Part shown: one piece after another, positions 41,717 to 50,542 of the stretch | Layout of the letters: each line of letters begins with the position of its first letter | How positions within the stretch are numbered: the first letter of the stretch is position 1 | IMG/VR virus record: IMGVR_UViG_3300043774_000178 | Coordinates: 32,001 to 96,000 of that record | Source: a virus | Length of the DNA stretch: 64,000 bases | Reading direction: 5' to 3' (one strand) | Made by a program: the position numbers and the translations under genes | Notes under the pieces: model-generated | Databases searched by the model: none | The model's input: only the letters and a program-made list of their open reading frames with translations | What the model was told of the DNA's origin: nothing

Positions 41717-42028
41717 ATGGCAATTAAAGTAAAGGAACTTAAGGATGATGCTCTTATTGATGTGAAAGTCAACAAGAACTATTACATGATGCTTAAGAAT
41801 GCATTAGCTTTCATCTTTCAACATATCCCAGGAGGTGATGACAAATCTGAGTCTTTAGATAGAATCATGAATGCTAAAACTGATGAGATGAATCATGCTG
41901 AAGTAAGCTTCTATACCGTTACTTTAATGCTTGCAGAGATTGAGAAGATTGCTAGAGATCAAGAATTGTATGATGAGAAAGAAGTTCTTGAACCAGGTGA
42001 TGAAGGTTATGTAGAACCTACAGAATAA
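41717..42028 (+). CDS. Hypothetical acidic protein, inverted relative to its neighbours
   Basis: 103-aa ORF with phage-like codon usage; fills the gap between ung and the NinB-like gene. Confidence 0.8.
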   Translation: MAIKVKELKDDALIDVKVNKNYYMMLKNALAFIFQHIPGGDDKSESLDRIMNAKTDEMNHAEVSFYTVTLMLAEIEKIARDQELYDEKEVLEPGDEGYVEPTE

Positions 42029-42389
42029 TATTCATATCTCTTCCTAGATCATTACAAGACTCAATAGCTGAACTTATTTCTTCAGTTGTACATTCTCCAA
42101 ATGACTTAAAAGTCATCTCATCTTCATCATACATAACAAGACCTGATCTCTTTTTTATGATGTTCTTCATCTCAGTAAAAGAATAACCAAGCTCTGATGC
42201 AAGAACCCTAATACATGCATGGACTTTTGATATCTGTGCATTATTAGCTTTCTTCCCTTTGGGAGATATGAATATCTCTACCATATCTCCCTCTTTTAGT
42301 TTCTCCAAAAATAAATTAAAAAGTATTTTATCTTGTTTACTAGAAAAACTCATCTTAGAGTCTTTCTTAACTAATACTGCAGAATACAT
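42018..42389 (-). CDS. NinB/Orf-like recombination protein
   Basis: NAQ..VHACIR.LA.ELGYS..EMK...K...SFGECT.EEIS..IE pattern. Confidence 0.55.
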   Translation of the reverse strand: MYSAVLVKKDSKMSFSSKQDKILFNLFLEKLKEGDMVEIFISPKGKKANNAQISKVHACIRVLASELGYSFTEMKNIIKKRSGLVMYDEDEMTFKSFGECTTEEISSAIESCNDLGRDMNIIL

Positions 42390-42390
42390 A

Positions 42391-42645
42391 CTAAGAAATT
42401 TTTGATGACTTAGAGAATAGAGAAATAAGGCATTGTAAATCTTCTAAAGTATTTATAGTAAGATCTATTTCATAACAGAATACTTTCCATTTATTACGCG
42501 TACTCTCATCATCAGAACTACTTATAAGAGTTACATGATCATTTAGTTTGAGTAAGTAATAGTAATAATCTGTCTTATCTCCAGACTCTTCTTTAGGTAC
42601 ATTTACAATTTCAAAACCTTCTTCCTCTAATTCTATCTCTGTCAT
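42391..42645 (-). CDS. Hypothetical protein
   Basis: 84-aa packed ORF. Confidence 0.7.
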   Translation of the reverse strand: MTEIELEEEGFEIVNVPKEESGDKTDYYYYLLKLNDHVTLISSSDDESTRNKWKVFCYEIDLTINTLEDLQCLISLFSKSSKIS

Positions 42646-42651
42646 AATTCA

Positions 42652-43098
42652 TTAATTTTTCTTGATAAACCTTCTTATTATTTCTACTGGGTAGTTCATT
42701 ATTACATTCATGAATTCAGAAGATACATCAGGTTTTTTATGGTCATACTCACCATGAGTTTTAATCCTAGAAGTTCTAAGTTGCTCAATAGATAGAAGTG
42801 CCATATAAATATTATCCTGATCTTCAGAAGAAAACATAGAACCTAATGTATCTCTTTCTTCTTCTGCAATAAGTCCCAAAGATAATAATAAGTTTATTTC
42901 ACAAATGAATATGAAATCAGTTACTGAGCCAGTTTTTGAACCACTCATATAACTCCACCATAAATAGTTTGTTTGCTTGTCAGATACAAGAGTCATTTCA
43001 AAATGCTCTTTGATTATCTTCCCTGTAAGTTTATTAACCTTCTTTAAAATCTCTTTATCAGTTATCCTGGATAGCAGGTTGCTGTGAGGTTTCACCAT
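42652..43098 (-). CDS. Hypothetical protein
   Basis: 148-aa ORF carrying MFSSEDQDN. Confidence 0.7.
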   Translation of the reverse strand: MVKPHSNLLSRITDKEILKKVNKLTGKIIKEHFEMTLVSDKQTNYLWWSYMSGSKTGSVTDFIFICEINLLLSLGLIAEEERDTLGSMFSSEDQDNIYMALLSIEQLRTSRIKTHGEYDHKKPDVSSEFMNVIMNYPVEIIRRFIKKN

Positions 43099-43285
43099 CC
43101 CTTACTTTTTTAGGACCAATAACTACAGCATCTTGTACTACTTTGTCAAGTATCTGAGTATGCTGGTTAATAGCAGTAGCCTCAAGATCCATTTTAGATA
43201 CTACACTTAGTATAGCACTTTCTACCTCATTCTCCGGAATTAGTACAATCCTTGTTGTACCATTTAAAATCACATCTACTCTCAT
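43058..43285 (-). CDS. Hypothetical protein
   Basis: 75-aa ORF. Confidence 0.65.
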   Translation of the reverse strand: MRVDVILNGTTRIVLIPENEVESAILSVVSKMDLEATAINQHTQILDKVVQDAVVIGPKKVRDGETSQQPAIQDN

Positions 43286-43344
43286 AGGTTATAATTTAGT
43301 GATCATCTTTATATAAACACGAGATAACTACTAGAAATAGTATC

Positions 43345-43866
43345 TCACTTAAGCTTGTCAGCAAGCTTTTTAACTGTGACTGAATAATGTGGACCCGCTG
43401 CATAGCTATCTGCAAGATAAGAATAATATTGACTTTCTGTTTTGCACTCTGATAAGTAAGTAGCCTGATACAGAGCATAGTCTACTACTGATTCTTTCCA
43501 ATTTGCATATACTGCATGACCAAACTGAGTACCTAGATTATTACTAATACGCAGTCTTGCTTCTCTCATACCAAAGAGATTATTATTCCTTTTACAAATC
43601 TTAGAAGTAAATGTACCTGACTCTATAATAGCTTGTGCAAGTACAATATGAGGGAACTTAACATTTAACTCCTTCATATACTTCATTACATTTTCTTTAG
43701 TCAACTCTTCAATCTCAGGTTTAATAACCTTGTCTTTGTATACAGTAACTACTTTTACTTTTTCCAATACTAGTGGTGGTTTTGTTGCACTTAATATTGT
43801 AAATGCTGCAATCATACCACCTACAATAACTACACTTGTTTTAAAACTAATCAGTTGTTTATTCAT
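43345..43866 (-). CDS. Membrane-anchored glucosaminidase (GH73/FlgJ-like peptidoglycan hydrolase)
   Basis: N-terminal TM; IVLAQAIIESG, NNLFGM, Y..WKESV.DY and YA..P.Y motifs. Start moved to MNKQ because the longer ORF runs through the tRNA. Confidence 0.85.
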   Translation of the reverse strand: MNKQLISFKTSVVIVGGMIAAFTILSATKPPLVLEKVKVVTVYKDKVIKPEIEELTKENVMKYMKELNVKFPHIVLAQAIIESGTFTSKICKRNNNLFGMREARLRISNNLGTQFGHAVYANWKESVVDYALYQATYLSECKTESQYYSYLADSYAAGPHYSVTVKKLADKLK

Positions 43867-43891
43867 ATTATTTGATTTGGTTAATAGATAG

Positions 43892-43963
43892 TAGTTCCAC
43901 CTGGACTCGAACCAGGAATACAAGCTTAGAAGGCTAGTGTTATATCCCTTTAACTATGGAACT
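43892..43963 (-). tRNA. tRNA-Arg(TCT)
   Basis: Acceptor AGTTCCA/TGGAACT, D-stem GTTA/TAAC, anticodon loop CTTCTAA, T-arm CCTGG-TTCGAGT-CCAGG; no encoded CCA. Confidence 0.93.
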
Positions 43964-44303
43964 ATTCTGTGATCTTAATAGTGATAGTATCATCACCATT
44001 TTTTGCCACTATATAAGAAGGTTCTGAAATTATGATTTCTACCTCTTTGTTATTTACAAAAATAGCATAATTTTTATCATTATGCTTTTTTAGATACTCA
44101 TGGTACTTAGCTATATAATATTCCTCTTTGTACTTGACTTTATAGTTATATCTACCATGACAAGAGTTGTATCCTCTCTGCATTAATGGTGCAACTTTCT
44201 CACAGGCATCACTTGTATGGTAACCTTCTTTTAATAGATTCCCCACTAGATATGCGAGTCTTGCTGTTTCTTCTTCTGTCCACCTTGTGCTTTTTTTCTC
44301 CAT
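43962..44303 (-). CDS. Myb/SANT-like helix-turn-helix protein
   Basis: RWTEEETARL...EKVAPLMQRGYNSCHGRY; its TAG overlaps the first two tRNA bases. Confidence 0.6.
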   Translation of the reverse strand: MEKKSTRWTEEETARLAYLVGNLLKEGYHTSDACEKVAPLMQRGYNSCHGRYNYKVKYKEEYYIAKYHEYLKKHNDKNYAIFVNNKEVEIIISEPSYIVAKNGDDTITIKITE

Positions 44304-44484
44304 GATTATCATAGTAGTCAATTATAAATCCAATAGCAACAATTATATTAAGACCGAATGAGGTAATAATCTCATATACATCCTCATAGATGTTTGTAGT
44401 AAGGTGTACATGTCCTACAACCCAAAATGGTATGGATAAGTTTTGACTTACCCATACCACCATGTATTTTAAGAACTTAATCAT
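44209..44484 (-). CDS. Small membrane protein
   Basis: Two hydrophobic segments; basic tail overlaps the next gene. Confidence 0.65.
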   Translation of the reverse strand: MIKFLKYMVVWVSQNLSIPFWVVGHVHLTTNIYEDVYEIITSFGLNIIVAIGFIIDYYDNHGEKKHKVDRRRNSKTRISSGESIKRRLPYK

Positions 44485-44837
44485 TTCTGTAAAGACATCA
44501 AACTATCTATTTGAGCAATTCCTTTATCAACAGCAACAGCAATTTTATCAGCTTCAACATTCAAGCTATCATACATAGAAGATAATCTTGCTACTTCAGC
44601 TACTGCATTTTTGTAATCTTTGCTATTCTTTGATGCACCTGCTCCTTCAAGTCTGAATACAAAAGTTTCTGCCTCAGCTTTTTGATCAATTATGTAATGA
44701 ATCTTCTGTGTAATCTCTTCCATTTTAATACCTAGAGATTCAACTTCTTTACTCTTTAGATCAATTTGTTCTTGAATTGGATCTACACAAGCTGTTAATA
44801 ATAAGACAGTTGCAATAAAATAAAATAAATTTTTCAT
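44481..44837 (-). CDS. Coiled-coil lipoprotein
   Basis: Signal peptide with lipobox LLLTAC followed by heptad repeats. Confidence 0.75.
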   Translation of the reverse strand: MKNLFYFIATVLLLTACVDPIQEQIDLKSKEVESLGIKMEEITQKIHYIIDQKAEAETFVFRLEGAGASKNSKDYKNAVAEVARLSSMYDSLNVEADKIAVAVDKGIAQIDSLMSLQK

Positions 44838-44885
44838 AATGTTTGGTTTTAATCTCCTTCTTCAGGATTTATTGGTTTAACAAAA

Positions 44886-45083
44886 TCAGGATAGATGTGA
44901 TTCATTCTGTTCCTCTGAAGCAAGAATCCCATTACTGTCCATTTCCTTCCTATCTGAGCATATCTCTTCTCCCTCAGATAGTGTAATTTCTTTATCTTTA
45001 TACCATCTCTCATAACTAAAGTTTTCTGGTACCTCACCATATTCATTCATCAGATCTATGTAGATCTCCTTCATTCTGCCCAT
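44886..45083 (-). CDS. Hypothetical protein
   Basis: 65-aa ORF starting MGRMKEIYI; preferred over the overlapping alternative frame. Confidence 0.55.
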   Translation of the reverse strand: MGRMKEIYIDLMNEYGEVPENFSYERWYKDKEITLSEGEEICSDRKEMDSNGILASEEQNESHLS

Positions 45084-45390
45084 TACTTAAGCTCTTTAAA
45101 ATTAATAATTCTTCACCACTTAAATCTTCAGGTTTGTAATCAGGTATCTCAGGTGGATAATCACCTTCATAATAAGGCTCTTTCTTATGCCCAAAATATA
45201 TTGGTCTCATATCCTGCTTACCTGAGTACATTACATACAAAACTTTAGCAACTTCTTCAGGAAATGGATATAGCTCAATAAATTCATCGTAGCTAACACC
45301 AGTCTTTATATACCTTCTTATTGGGAGTAAAGGTTTTTTATTGCGTGTAAGATATGATAGAGCATAAAGAATTTGCTCATGACTATACAT
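45043..45390 (-). CDS. Hypothetical protein
   Basis: 115-aa ORF. Confidence 0.7.
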   Translation of the reverse strand: MYSHEQILYALSYLTRNKKPLLPIRRYIKTGVSYDEFIELYPFPEEVAKVLYVMYSGKQDMRPIYFGHKKEPYYEGDYPPEIPDYKPEDLSGEELLILKSLSNGQNEGDLHRSDE

Positions 45391-45409
45391 AAACTTAAAA
45401 TGTTTAATG

Positions 45410-45661
45410 TTAGAATTCTAAACTTAGATTCTCTAATTCTACAAGAAGACCCTTATCTGATAGTTCATTTTGAAGCTCAAACATATCAATATAGTTGCCT
45501 GTCTTTATTTCACACTTACCTACATTATGGGTTATAATAGCACACTGTTCAGCTTGCTCTTTTGAGTGATCACAGTGAATGATCAAGCATCTAATTACAT
45601 GTTGATATGTATTATCAGAGTCATTGATCAAAATAAGTGAATGTGTCTTTTCCAAAACCAT
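45410..45661 (-). CDS. clpS: ClpS-like N-degron adaptor
   Basis: LILINDSDNTYQHVIRCL...EQAEQCAIITHNVGKCEIKTG matches the Bacteroidota ClpS pattern. Confidence 0.85.
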   Translation of the reverse strand: MVLEKTHSLILINDSDNTYQHVIRCLIIHCDHSKEQAEQCAIITHNVGKCEIKTGNYIDMFELQNELSDKGLLVELENLSLEF

Positions 45662-45697
45662 CTTGTTTAATTTAAATTACAAAAAAAATTACATACT

Positions 45698-46792
45698 CTA
45701 AAGTTTAATGTTAAAGTTCTTCCAAGTGATTTTCTTCTCATCATATCCCTCCAAAGCACTTTTCACCCATGTTTCATCCATAGTATTCATGTAACATAGT
45801 ATGTGAATAGTAGCAGTTTCATCTGGGTTCAACCTAAGTAATCTACCTATCCTCTGAGCAGACTTTCTCTCATTGCCATAAGCATGGAGTATTATACCTT
45901 GCCTTAATTCTGGTATATTTATACCCTCACTAAGTTGTAATACACATGATAATTTGTTTATCTCACCTTTCTTAAATCTAATTAAATTATCATGAGATTC
46001 TGGATTTGTACTATGATAGCTATCCTTGCAAATTTTATCTGCCTGCTCTTGTGTATTAGCGAATATGATGCACTTAGACTTGATACTTTCAGCAAGGAGC
46101 TTTGCATATCTTTCCTTAGATGGATATTCCATCATGGCTTTCATACGCATTACTCTTGCTATCTGTACTGACTTCTTAGTACTTGCATTATCAACTCTAC
46201 TACACCAGTAGTTATAGCTTGCTTGTTCTGTAGTATAGAATGTACCTGACTTTGCACTTACATTTTTATTTTTACTATCTAACCTAAGCTCATGTACTAT
46301 AATCTTGTAATCATTAAGAATGTTATCATCAATTGCATCATCAGTCAGATAAGTATATACTACCGGACAATACTCATTAATCATTTGTCCTTTCTCAGAA
46401 CTACCATACTTTGGTGGAGTACCTGTTAGACCAAGTATCCTACCTTGAAATGCATCTAAGAATTTTCTATGACTATCAAGTAATGAATGTACCTCATCTA
46501 GAATAAGAATATCATACTCTCCTGGATGATGCTTAGTTAGACTTAAATAAGTACTAAAGGTAGCATTATCTAACACTCTGGTTTTGTTGAACTTAGATGC
46601 TTGTACTCTCCATTCTGTCATGACTGTAGTCTTTGGAGTTACAATCAGTACATTCTTAAGAGGAGTAACATGTTGTTCAAGATACATTAGACCAACCAGG
46701 GTTTTTCCAACCCCAGTTGCTAAGCCTAATGTACAACCTAGTTTACCTTCAGTAGCTTTTAAAGCTTCCTTCTGGATATCATCACGATTCAT
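45698..46792 (-). CDS. Superfamily 2 DExH helicase
   Basis: ATGVGKT, LDEVH, GLTGT, EGINIP, QRIGRLLR. Confidence 0.9.
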   Translation of the reverse strand: MNRDDIQKEALKATEGKLGCTLGLATGVGKTLVGLMYLEQHVTPLKNVLIVTPKTTVMTEWRVQASKFNKTRVLDNATFSTYLSLTKHHPGEYDILILDEVHSLLDSHRKFLDAFQGRILGLTGTPPKYGSSEKGQMINEYCPVVYTYLTDDAIDDNILNDYKIIVHELRLDSKNKNVSAKSGTFYTTEQASYNYWCSRVDNASTKKSVQIARVMRMKAMMEYPSKERYAKLLAESIKSKCIIFANTQEQADKICKDSYHSTNPESHDNLIRFKKGEINKLSCVLQLSEGINIPELRQGIILHAYGNERKSAQRIGRLLRLNPDETATIHILCYMNTMDETWVKSALEGYDEKKITWKNFNIKL

Positions 46793-47124
46793 ATTTCTTG
46801 GTATTCGGTTACAAGTTTAAGTATTTTATAATCATTAGCTTTTAATAGGTTTATAGCAGCTTGTATTTTCAGATCTGTTGATTCTTCTTTTACAGGTTGC
46901 TCAGGTATTACTTCACGGTTTAATACTTTGTATTTATCATTTCCTATGTATCTGTAGTATATATTAATACAAGCTGCAACACTCCTACCCATTTGCTGAG
47001 CTACACTTTCTATGTTTACATTTTTATGTGAGTAATTGTCAGGGTTTACACCATTTAAAGAAATCAACTTGGCTATTTCTTTATTACTCCATCTACCATA
47101 ACGGTTTTTAGCTTCTGCTGTCAT
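46789..47124 (-). CDS. Myb/SANT-like helix-turn-helix protein
   Basis: GRWSNKEIAKL...VAQQMGRSVAACINIY. Confidence 0.55.
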   Translation of the reverse strand: MTAEAKNRYGRWSNKEIAKLISLNGVNPDNYSHKNVNIESVAQQMGRSVAACINIYYRYIGNDKYKVLNREVIPEQPVKEESTDLKIQAAINLLKANDYKILKLVTEYQEI

Positions 47125-47141
47125 AAGATTAAATTTTAAGG

Positions 47142-47549
47142 TTATTTTAAGTATCCTAACTCACGTGCCTCTTTTGGATGAGAGTGACACCACTCATGGC
47201 ATTCTCTACATGCAGCAAGCCAAGTAGCTTGTGCTAATGTATTTATGCCTCTGTAAGCAGTATGATGAATATCACACGCATTACCTTTACAAACTCCTGG
47301 TAGATTTATCTCACACATAGGATGTTTTGTGAGATATTCTTTCCTCATTAAACTATAAGCTTTGTCAAGAGCTTTTTGTTTCTCTGATTTCTGAGCTATT
47401 CTGGAAGATGAAGGAGCAGACTTTGGTTTCTGTGACTTATTTTCTTTGCTTTTGTGGCAACTCCAGCAGTGTTTACAGTATCTGCTACCTTCATGATTCT
47501 TCCAGATAGGACCTTCCTTCTCACAAATACTACATATTTTAAACTTCAT
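47142..47549 (-). CDS. HNH endonuclease with N-terminal zinc finger
   Basis: CSIC..CKHC; HPMCE...DIHH...GIN...CRECHEWCH. Confidence 0.8.
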   Translation of the reverse strand: MKFKICSICEKEGPIWKNHEGSRYCKHCWSCHKSKENKSQKPKSAPSSSRIAQKSEKQKALDKAYSLMRKEYLTKHPMCEINLPGVCKGNACDIHHTAYRGINTLAQATWLAACRECHEWCHSHPKEARELGYLK

Positions 47550-47917
47550 TCAACATAACTTACTTCATAAACATAGATTATATAATCATACATTACAGAA
47601 ATGGTCCCAGGCTCAACATAATTTATAATTATATTACATGAAGTATTGGTTTCATCTAAAGCATCCCACATAGCAAGTTCTTCTGTGTCTACAATCTTAT
47701 CAAAAACCTTATAAGTACTTTCTGCAACATCATCTGCTAAAAGTGTATTATTCTGCAGAATAAAGTTTATTACAGTATACTTGGGTTTTTCCCATTCCCA
47801 ATCCTCTCTAGAATCACTCCAGTGACCAACAGTAACCTGATCTGTATGAATAATGGATCTTTGTCCCTGTACTACTAGAGATAGAAACAGACAGAGTATT
47901 AATAGTAATCTTTTCAT
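47546..47917 (-). CDS. Secreted hypothetical protein
   Basis: Signal peptide MKRLLLILCLFLSLVVQG-Q. Confidence 0.7.
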   Translation of the reverse strand: MKRLLLILCLFLSLVVQGQRSIIHTDQVTVGHWSDSREDWEWEKPKYTVINFILQNNTLLADDVAESTYKVFDKIVDTEELAMWDALDETNTSCNIIINYVEPGTISVMYDYIIYVYEVSYVE

Positions 47918-48099
47918 AGTGTATTTCTTTGTGATTTTAACTTTTGGATATACAATATTGCATCCATTAATTCTTCTTGTAAGTGATTTAAGTAATCATC
48001 AGTATTATTCTCTTCAAGAGTAGTACCATACTTAGTTATTCCTCTCTCTGATCTTTCTTTAAATTTTTCTATTACATCTGCTACAATTTTGTCTTTCAT
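47914..48099 (-). CDS. Minimal MazG-like helical protein
   Basis: G.TKYGTTL...HLQEELMDAILY. Confidence 0.6.
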   Translation of the reverse strand: MKDKIVADVIEKFKERSERGITKYGTTLEENNTDDYLNHLQEELMDAILYIQKLKSQRNTL

Positions 48100-48100
48100 A

Positions 48101-48325
48101 TTATTCCATTACTAAGTGATACCCAGATAATATCTCACGGATGTTATCTCTTAATGTCTCAAATGCTCTACTAACATCTTCCGGTAACTGGTCATCATAC
48201 TTAATTCTATTTCTAAGCATTTGATCAATATCCTGTACAGCTAGCTTCCATTTATAACCATCTAATGCATCTCTAGCATCTTGTGCTTCTTCTACAGAAT
48301 CAAACTTTATTATTATCTTTCCCAT
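48101..48325 (-). CDS. Hypothetical protein
   Basis: 74-aa packed ORF. Confidence 0.7.
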   Translation of the reverse strand: MGKIIIKFDSVEEAQDARDALDGYKWKLAVQDIDQMLRNRIKYDDQLPEDVSRAFETLRDNIREILSGYHLVME

Positions 48326-48497
48326 TCTTCAAGTATTTTTTCTCAAACTTATCCCAGCCTTCAAAGTTAGCAATCATTAAGTCAAGAGATATCTCCTCTT
48401 CATGCTCAGAACACATATTTATACCTTTGATGTCTAAATCAGGACTATACCTTTTGGTAGCTGGAGCTCCACACTTAATACATGTTTCTTTGCTCAT
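48300..48497 (-). CDS. Small zinc-finger-like protein
   Basis: CIKC...CSEH. Confidence 0.6.
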   Translation of the reverse strand: MSKETCIKCGAPATKRYSPDLDIKGINMCSEHEEEISLDLMIANFEGWDKFEKKYLKNGKDNNKV

Positions 48498-48513
48498 TCT
48501 TCTGATTTAAAGG

Positions 48514-48636
48514 TTAATTACTTTCTTTCTTTTTCATGAATCTTTCTATGGCTTCTTCTGTGTTTTCATAGATGTACCAAGCATCTTCACCACATTCTTT
48601 TGCCCATTCAATAAATTCTTCTAATAGTTCTTCCAT
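48514..48636 (-). CDS. Small acidic protein (40 aa, not in ORF track)
   Basis: MEELLEEFIEWAKEC...KKKESN; flanked by 16-bp direct repeats. Confidence 0.6.
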   Translation of the reverse strand: MEELLEEFIEWAKECGEDAWYIYENTEEAIERFMKKKESN

Positions 48637-48637
48637 T

Positions 48638-48928
48638 CTATTCTGATTTAAAGGTTTCAACATCAATAGTACCATCCCTGTATTCGGTTACTATTGTTTC
48701 ACCAAAGGTTTCGTTGTAGTATTGTTCTGCTTCTCTATCTGGGTTATCTTTAACATCATTGTCACCAGCGTAGTAAGCCTTTTTTATCTGCTCTTTCTCC
48801 TTTTCTAAGGCTTTCTCTACTAATTCATCTTTGAGTTCAAAGAAATCATTTAGATTAATTTCTTTTTGTCTTAATCTTTCTTCTAATTCAATGATTCTGT
48901 CTGCTAAATTTTCCACTGCTGTTTTCAT
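48638..48928 (-). CDS. Hypothetical protein (MKTAVE...EKEQI..AY...AEQYYNETF type)
   Basis: 96-aa coupled ORF. Confidence 0.7.
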   Translation of the reverse strand: MKTAVENLADRIIELEERLRQKEINLNDFFELKDELVEKALEKEKEQIKKAYYAGDNDVKDNPDREAEQYYNETFGETIVTEYRDGTIDVETFKSE

Positions 48929-49221
48929 ATCTCCTCAATAAATTGTTTAACTTCTTGCCAATATTTTTCACTTAATTCTAATTTTTTATCAATTCTAAAA
49001 GCTGATAATAGTTTATTGATTTTCCAAACAACATTTTCTTGGTTTTTCAATATCTCATCAACTGCAATTAATGCGCATAGTTTAGCATTATTGTCACTTG
49101 ATTTTATATTAATATCACAACTAAGTTGCCCTGCTATTGTTGATTCTGTTGGTATTACTGCTGGGGGCATTTTCATCTTCATTTTACCAACTAACTCTTC
49201 CGCTTTTTCTTTTGCTGTCAT
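48925..49221 (-). CDS. Hypothetical protein (KEKAEELV...CALIAVDEIL...YWQEVK type)
   Basis: 98-aa coupled ORF. Confidence 0.7.
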   Translation of the reverse strand: MTAKEKAEELVGKMKMKMPPAVIPTESTIAGQLSCDINIKSSDNNAKLCALIAVDEILKNQENVVWKINKLLSAFRIDKKLELSEKYWQEVKQFIEEI

Positions 49222-49871
49222 AAATTAAATGCCTTTACTGTATACTCAAATGGATTACCCTCAATACCCTTTACTAAATTTAACATCTCCTGTGCTATCT
49301 CTTTTATTTCTAACTGAGCATGTTCAGAGTTTCTAAGCTCTTGAAAGTGTGCAAAGCTTCTGAAGTTAAACATTACATCCATAGTAATTTGAGAGTTAAA
49401 TGTTTTAAAGAATCTTGCTGATTCCTTAGCTCTCTTTCTACCAAGTATAGGAGTAAGTTCTTCTAAACACTTGTGGTACATGTTATTACCTAGGTCTGCA
49501 TACCAATTAAGATACTCATACCATGTAAATATCTCAGTCTCCACAGTACTGATCTGGATATCCTTCCAATCTTCAGGGAGATACATCCTGTCCTCCTTAA
49601 GCTCTTTATACCTAGCAGACTCTCCATTAATACTAACTCCAATCCGGTGCTTTAGTAAATGAATATGTGATGCCTGATCACAAGTAACTAAGAAGTGTAA
49701 AGAGCTTTTCTCAAATGGTGTGTGATGACCCTCTGAAGCAAGCATAGATAATAACTGTGGTATTCTATTTACCTTATCTTCTGTTAGGTCTCTACTTGTG
49801 GATGTCCAAGCTGACTGAGCATGAATAGTATCAGACCCATACCAACCTAATAGTTCTACTGTGTTCTCCAT
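49218..49871 (-). CDS. thyX: Flavin-dependent thymidylate synthase
   Basis: GHHTPFE, KHRIGVSINGESARY, KESAR, NFRSFAHF..LR...HAQLEI; start set at MENTVELL. Confidence 0.92.
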   Translation of the reverse strand: MENTVELLGWYGSDTIHAQSAWTSTSRDLTEDKVNRIPQLLSMLASEGHHTPFEKSSLHFLVTCDQASHIHLLKHRIGVSINGESARYKELKEDRMYLPEDWKDIQISTVETEIFTWYEYLNWYADLGNNMYHKCLEELTPILGRKRAKESARFFKTFNSQITMDVMFNFRSFAHFQELRNSEHAQLEIKEIAQEMLNLVKGIEGNPFEYTVKAFNL

Positions 49872-49872
49872 C

Positions 49873-50130
49873 CTACTTCTTTTTAAATTGTTCAAACCAT
49901 TCTAAATCTTGTTTAAGAAGTAATTCCTGAAAGGGTTTTACATTGGTACCAAAATGTTTAGACCTTTGTGTTAATAATTCAATTACTTCTTCCTCACTAT
50001 ACATTCTTTCAGCTATCCATTTAGCACCTTCTATAAAAATTCTTCTATAAATTTCTGCACTTCTATCTGTACCATCACATCCATCAGGATATAATATCTT
50101 AGCAGCTTCTTCAAGTGTTTCTTTATTCAT
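49873..50130 (-). CDS. Hypothetical protein (ETLEEAA...GAKW..ERMYSEEEV type)
   Basis: 85-aa ORF. Confidence 0.7.
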   Translation of the reverse strand: MNKETLEEAAKILYPDGCDGTDRSAEIYRRIFIEGAKWIAERMYSEEEVIELLTQRSKHFGTNVKPFQELLLKQDLEWFEQFKKK

Positions 50131-50131
50131 A

Positions 50132-50542
50132 TCAAATCTTTTTAAGTATTAAACATCCTTCTGAGTCAAGTTTTGGTATTGCTCTGTCACATAATCCATC
50201 TTCATCCCATTCTAAATCTGAATCATGCTTTACAATGTTTCCTGTTCTTGAATTTTTCATTATAATCTCAACTTCAATTTCTGTTGGGTGCAGTATTTCA
50301 TACAACTCCATTGCTTTTTTGAATCCTTGTTTAAATCCATATTCAGTATCATCTTGTGCCGTTGGATATATTGAATGATTTTTAGCAAAATCTTCAGCCA
50401 ACTTCTCAACATCAACTACTCCAAATATCTCATCACAGTTTTGTTTGGATAGAAGTGCAGTAGCACATGCTAACATATCTTCATCATTATAGAACTTTAG
50501 CTTATACAGCTGTTCTGGTGTCTTAATAAGTATTGCTTTCAT
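50132..50542 (-). CDS. Hypothetical protein
   Basis: 136-aa ORF. Confidence 0.7.
   Translation of the reverse strand: MKAILIKTPEQLYKLKFYNDEDMLACATALLSKQNCDEIFGVVDVEKLAEDFAKNHSIYPTAQDDTEYGFKQGFKKAMELYEILHPTEIEVEIIMKNSRTGNIVKHDSDLEWDEDGLCDRAIPKLDSEGCLILKKI

Noticed and set aside
43892-43963. Amber suppressor tRNA (CTA in the loop) and TAG recoding, as in some crAss-like phages
   Set aside because: In the 7-nt loop CTTCTAA the anticodon positions read TCT. Genes end normally at TAG and long ORFs are intact in the standard code.
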